Origin: Caedimonas varicaedens
GTDB lineage: Bacteria > Pseudomonadota > Alphaproteobacteria > Caedimonadales > Caedimonadaceae
Direction of reading: 5' to 3'
Assembly: GCA_001192655.1 (NCBI GenBank)
Contig: BBVC01000020.1
Span: 1-32,000 of the forward strand
DNA length: 32,000 nucleotides
The position numbers were made by a program, and so were the translations under genes. Shown piece by piece: positions 26,929 to 32,000 of the stretch. Under the pieces are notes generated by a model. The model saw nothing but the letters and a program-made list of their open reading frames with translations. It was not told the DNA's origin and made no database searches. Positions within the stretch are counted from its first letter, which is position 1. Each line of letters starts with the position of its first letter.

Positions 26929-27618
26929 TTACGAACCGATCAATGCCAATTTGGCAATTATTTTGATCGTACTGTCAATGGGAGGTCCAAGTAGCCATGC
27001 TACAGGATTAAACTTGATACTAAATTGGGAAAGAATCAAGGGTAAAATAATAATAGAGCCCATAAGGATGAACATTCCCCATCTTTCGGATTGTGCAAAC
27101 GGTATTGCTAGTTTTCGCGGGAGAAGGCTTGTCAGAACGCGTCCACCATCCAGCGGTAGCAGGGGAAGCATATTGAAAATTCCCAGCACAACGTTAATGG
27201 TTACAGAGGTTTTGAGCAGATCAATATAAGGAAGTCTCAAGGCTTCTGGCACAAATTCAAGCAGATGAAACAGGCAAGCTGAGATAAAGGCGAGCACAAA
27301 ATTGGTGAAAGGTCCGGCGAATGCAACGAGGATTGTATCCTTGCGCGGATGGCGCAAGCGTCCGAAATTGACAGGAACAGGTTTAGCGTAACCGAATAAA
27401 AAGGGCGCATGGGAGATCAGCAGCAAGCCGGGAAGGATGATCGTTCCAAAGAGATCGACGTGGCGAAGGGGATTAAAGCTGACGCGTCCTGCCCTCAGCG
27501 CCGTATTATCTCCGCATTGAAGTGCCACAAATCCATGAGCAGCTTCATGCAGAGTGATGGCCAAGACAATGGGAAGTCCATAAACCACAAGTTTCATAAG
27601 AAAAGGGATGATATCCAT
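26929..27618 (-). CDS. Site-2 protease family (peptidase M50) membrane metalloprotease
   Basis: HEAAHGFVA (HExxH) lies in the first TM region, with a second motif NMLPLLPLDGGRV (NxxPxxxLDG). The protein is polytopic. Confidence 0.85.
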   Translation of the reverse strand: MDIIPFLMKLVVYGLPIVLAITLHEAAHGFVALQCGDNTALRAGRVSFNPLRHVDLFGTIILPGLLLISHAPFLFGYAKPVPVNFGRLRHPRKDTILVAFAGPFTNFVLAFISACLFHLLEFVPEALRLPYIDLLKTSVTINVVLGIFNMLPLLPLDGGRVLTSLLPRKLAIPFAQSERWGMFILMGSIIILPLILSQFSIKFNPVAWLLGPPIDSTIKIIAKLALIGS

Positions 27619-27771
27619 AAATTATTCTTCCTTCATGTTATCAAGTACAGTAGTATCAGTTTTGATATTTTTCAATCATAGATCGGAAATTGAGAATCGA
27701 ATGTTAAAAATCAGAAATTTTAAAATTTCCTTAGTCCTCTCCATCCTTGATCTCTGATATCTCTTTCTGAA

Positions 27772-28917
27772 ATGTATGGTCTTACACGTCTTGTGCTGAC
27801 AGATTTCCGAAATTACCGTTCGATGCACCTGACATGTGATCCGCGCCCTGTGGTTTTAACGGGCTTTAACGGTGCAGGAAAAACCAATGTTTTGGAAGCT
27901 ATTTCCTTTCTGTCGCCGGGACGGGGACTCAGGCGAGCAAAATTGAATGAAGTGACGCACAGGGGAGAGCATGAAGAACAGAAAAAAGATTTTTTACGTT
28001 TGTGGGGTGTAGCCGGAACATTATACAGTCCCCAGGGGACATGGGATATTGGAACAGCTCTTGACGTTCAAGACGGGAAGGAGCGGCGCCTTGTTAAAAT
28101 AGGGGGAGAACTTTTAAAGTCTCAGAACTTGCTCAGCGACTATATACACGTTTTATGGTTGACGCCTCAGATGGATCGTTTATTTCAGGAAGGAGGAACA
28201 ACGCGTCGCCGGTTTCTTGACCGCTTGGTTTATAGTTTTGATTCTGCACATGCTTCTCGTGTTACAAGATACGAACATTATATGCGAGAGCGAGGTCGTT
28301 TGCTTAAATATGGAGGGACGGATTCTCATTGGTTTGAAGCGCTGGAAGCTAAAATGTCAGCTGAAGGAGTGGCGATATGTGCTGCACGGCTTCAGTTTAT
28401 TGAACGTCTTCGGCAGGAAAAGGCATGGACATTGGGAATTTTTCCTCAAGCTGAACTTGCATTGACAGGACAGATGGAATCATGGCTGATGGAATATTCA
28501 GCTTTGGAGACAGAAGAAAGGTTCAGGGAAGCCCTCAAATCTTTCCGGCGGCAGGACAGGGAAAGCGGGAGCGCCTCGTTTGGCCCACATCGCAGCGATT
28601 TTACGGCGACCTATCGCGAAAAAAATTGTGAAGCCTCTTTCTGTTCCACCGGTGAGCAAAAAGCCTTGCTGATTTCTATTGTTTTTGCAACCGCGCGATT
28701 GCAGAGCCTTCAGGGAACAGGTGTGACCTTGATGCTTCTGGATGAAATCATTGCACATCTGGATGAAAAACGGCGAGAGGCATTATTTGAAGAAATTCTT
28801 TTGCTTAAAATTCAGGCCTGGATGACAGGAACAGATCCTGAATTATTTAAACCCTTTCAGAAGCAAGTACAGCATTTGCGTATAGAGAATGCTATGATAT
28901 ATTCTGCTGAAAACTGA
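27772..28917 (+). CDS. recF: DNA replication and repair protein RecF
   Basis: LVLTDFRNYRSMHL and the Walker A GFNGAGKTNVLEAISFL are present, with an SMC-like signature region (GEQKALLISIV) and Walker B MLLDEIIAHLD. Confidence 0.93.
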   Translation: MYGLTRLVLTDFRNYRSMHLTCDPRPVVLTGFNGAGKTNVLEAISFLSPGRGLRRAKLNEVTHRGEHEEQKKDFLRLWGVAGTLYSPQGTWDIGTALDVQDGKERRLVKIGGELLKSQNLLSDYIHVLWLTPQMDRLFQEGGTTRRRFLDRLVYSFDSAHASRVTRYEHYMRERGRLLKYGGTDSHWFEALEAKMSAEGVAICAARLQFIERLRQEKAWTLGIFPQAELALTGQMESWLMEYSALETEERFREALKSFRRQDRESGSASFGPHRSDFTATYREKNCEASFCSTGEQKALLISIVFATARLQSLQGTGVTLMLLDEIIAHLDEKRREALFEEILLLKIQAWMTGTDPELFKPFQKQVQHLRIENAMIYSAEN

Positions 28918-31359
<2,442 letters not shown>

Positions 31360-31381
31360 CACACGAATAGAGGAGATAAAG

Positions 31382-31606
31382 ATGTTTTCAAGAAATTTTT
31401 TTATGATCATGACGGCTATTTTTCTGACGGGATGTGCCAGTGATTCTTGTCGTGATAAGGAGTGTTCTTGCCCGAGCACTGGAAAAAGGGTGGATATGTT
31501 TAAGTGTGATTTCAAACAACATGTCGATAAAGATTCTGTAGGTTATTACATGGAAAGTGATCAGTATAAAATGAATAACCAAATGAGAAATTTTTCTTCA
31601 AAATAG
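31382..31606 (+). CDS. Small Cys-rich putative lipoprotein (74 aa), unknown function
   Basis: GAGGAG lies 6 nt upstream of ATG 31382. The signal peptide and lipobox read MFSRNFFMIMTAIFLTGC. The mature part has 4 more Cys (CASDSCRDKECSCPSTGKRVDMFKC). The longer ORF from 31292 overlaps gyrB and was discarded. Confidence 0.6.
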   Translation: MFSRNFFMIMTAIFLTGCASDSCRDKECSCPSTGKRVDMFKCDFKQHVDKDSVGYYMESDQYKMNNQMRNFSSK

Positions 31607-31618
31607 TTTCTGCTTGTC

Positions 31619-31651
31619 CTGAAGAGGAGTCTTATAATGATTCCTCTTCAG
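31619..31651 (+). terminator. 10-bp perfect hairpin downstream of the small lipoprotein gene (possible terminator, no U-tract)
   Basis: CTGAAGAGGA (31619-31628) pairs with TCCTCTTCAG (31642-31651) across a 13-nt loop. There is no T-run on either side, so a role as an intrinsic terminator is uncertain. Confidence 0.35.
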
Positions 31652-31743
31652 TGATGAAATTCTGTTTGTTCTTCAAGCTGGTTGACTTTTTAATATCCTC
31701 ATGCAAAGTGGAAATAATTCTGAATTTTGTATGGGAATTTCTT

Positions 31744-32000
31744 ATGAATAAAAAATTATACCCTCGTCTTTTCTTTTCCCTTATGGCTCTTCTCGTCGTT
31801 TCAGGATGCACAGCGCGCATTGATCATCGCGGCAAGCTTCCAGATCCAGAGCAAATAGCAAAAATTAAACCAGGCGTTCAGGATAAAGAGGAAGTTCTAA
31901 GGTTGATTGGCTCTCCTTCTACGATCGCTGTTTTTGATGAAAATACCTGGGTTTATAATTATAAGGTTACAGAAAGCGTTTCTTTTTTTACGCCTCAGGA
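31744..32000 (+). CDS. bamE: Outer membrane protein assembly factor BamE (SmpA/OmlA), 5' partial (runs off window)
   Basis: My own translation is MNKKLYPRLFFSLMALLVVSGCTARIDHRGKLPDPEQIAKIKPGVQDKEEVLRLIGSPSTIAVFDENTWVYNYKV. It has the lipobox VVSGC and the BamE hallmark (G.PS...F....W.Y). It is open-ended, so it is absent from the ORF track. Confidence 0.75.
   Translation, partial: MNKKLYPRLFFSLMALLVVSGCTARIDHRGKLPDPEQIAKIKPGVQDKEEVLRLIGSPSTIAVFDENTWVYNYKVTESVSFFTPQ

Noticed and set aside
27619-27771. Chromosomal origin (oriC) next to recF-gyrB
   Set aside because: I found no consensus DnaA boxes by eye, and dnaA/dnaN are absent. Alphaproteobacterial origins are usually near hemE rather than gyrB. 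It is retained only as a low-interest note about the palindrome.
31632-31820. 62-aa minus-strand ORF in the lipoprotein-bamE spacer
   Set aside because: It overlaps the bamE start and signal peptide on the opposite strand and covers the hairpin. It has no RBS or motifs. bamE identity is much better supported.

Overview
This is a compact, moderately AT-rich Gram-negative chromosome segment. Gene order and protein signatures fit Alphaproteobacteria best: rpmI-rplT-pheS-pheT, a Cys-less L31, a Trx-TPR/Lon-N pair, def-fmt-truA and tatABC. The many 4-nt gene overlaps hint at a host-associated lineage, but that is low-confidence inference. About 4.5-32 kb is housekeeping: birA, rpmI-rplT-pheS-pheT-lepA, trhO, rpmE, a YgjP-like hydrolase, an MsbA-like ABC exporter, Trx-TPR/Lon-N/Trm112, def-fmt-truA, yajC-secD-secF, serS-surE-NlpD-like, tatA-tatB-tatC, an M50 protease, recF-gyrB, a small Cys-rich lipoprotein and the start of bamE. 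Only the left ~4.5 kb looks accessory. It holds an intact P4-type tyrosine integrase, a decayed ISAs1-family transposase fragment and a visibly more AT-rich 745-aa orphan ORF with no family I recognise, possibly a secreted effector. I found no rRNA, tRNA or CRISPR, and no recognisable defence, toxin-antitoxin or secretion-system cluster. I cannot support a novel multi-gene system here. The best leads are the orphan protein, a Phe-codon mini-ORF spanning tandem terminators between rplT and pheS, an 18-bp perfect palindrome in a divergent promoter region, and a few start-site or architecture oddities.
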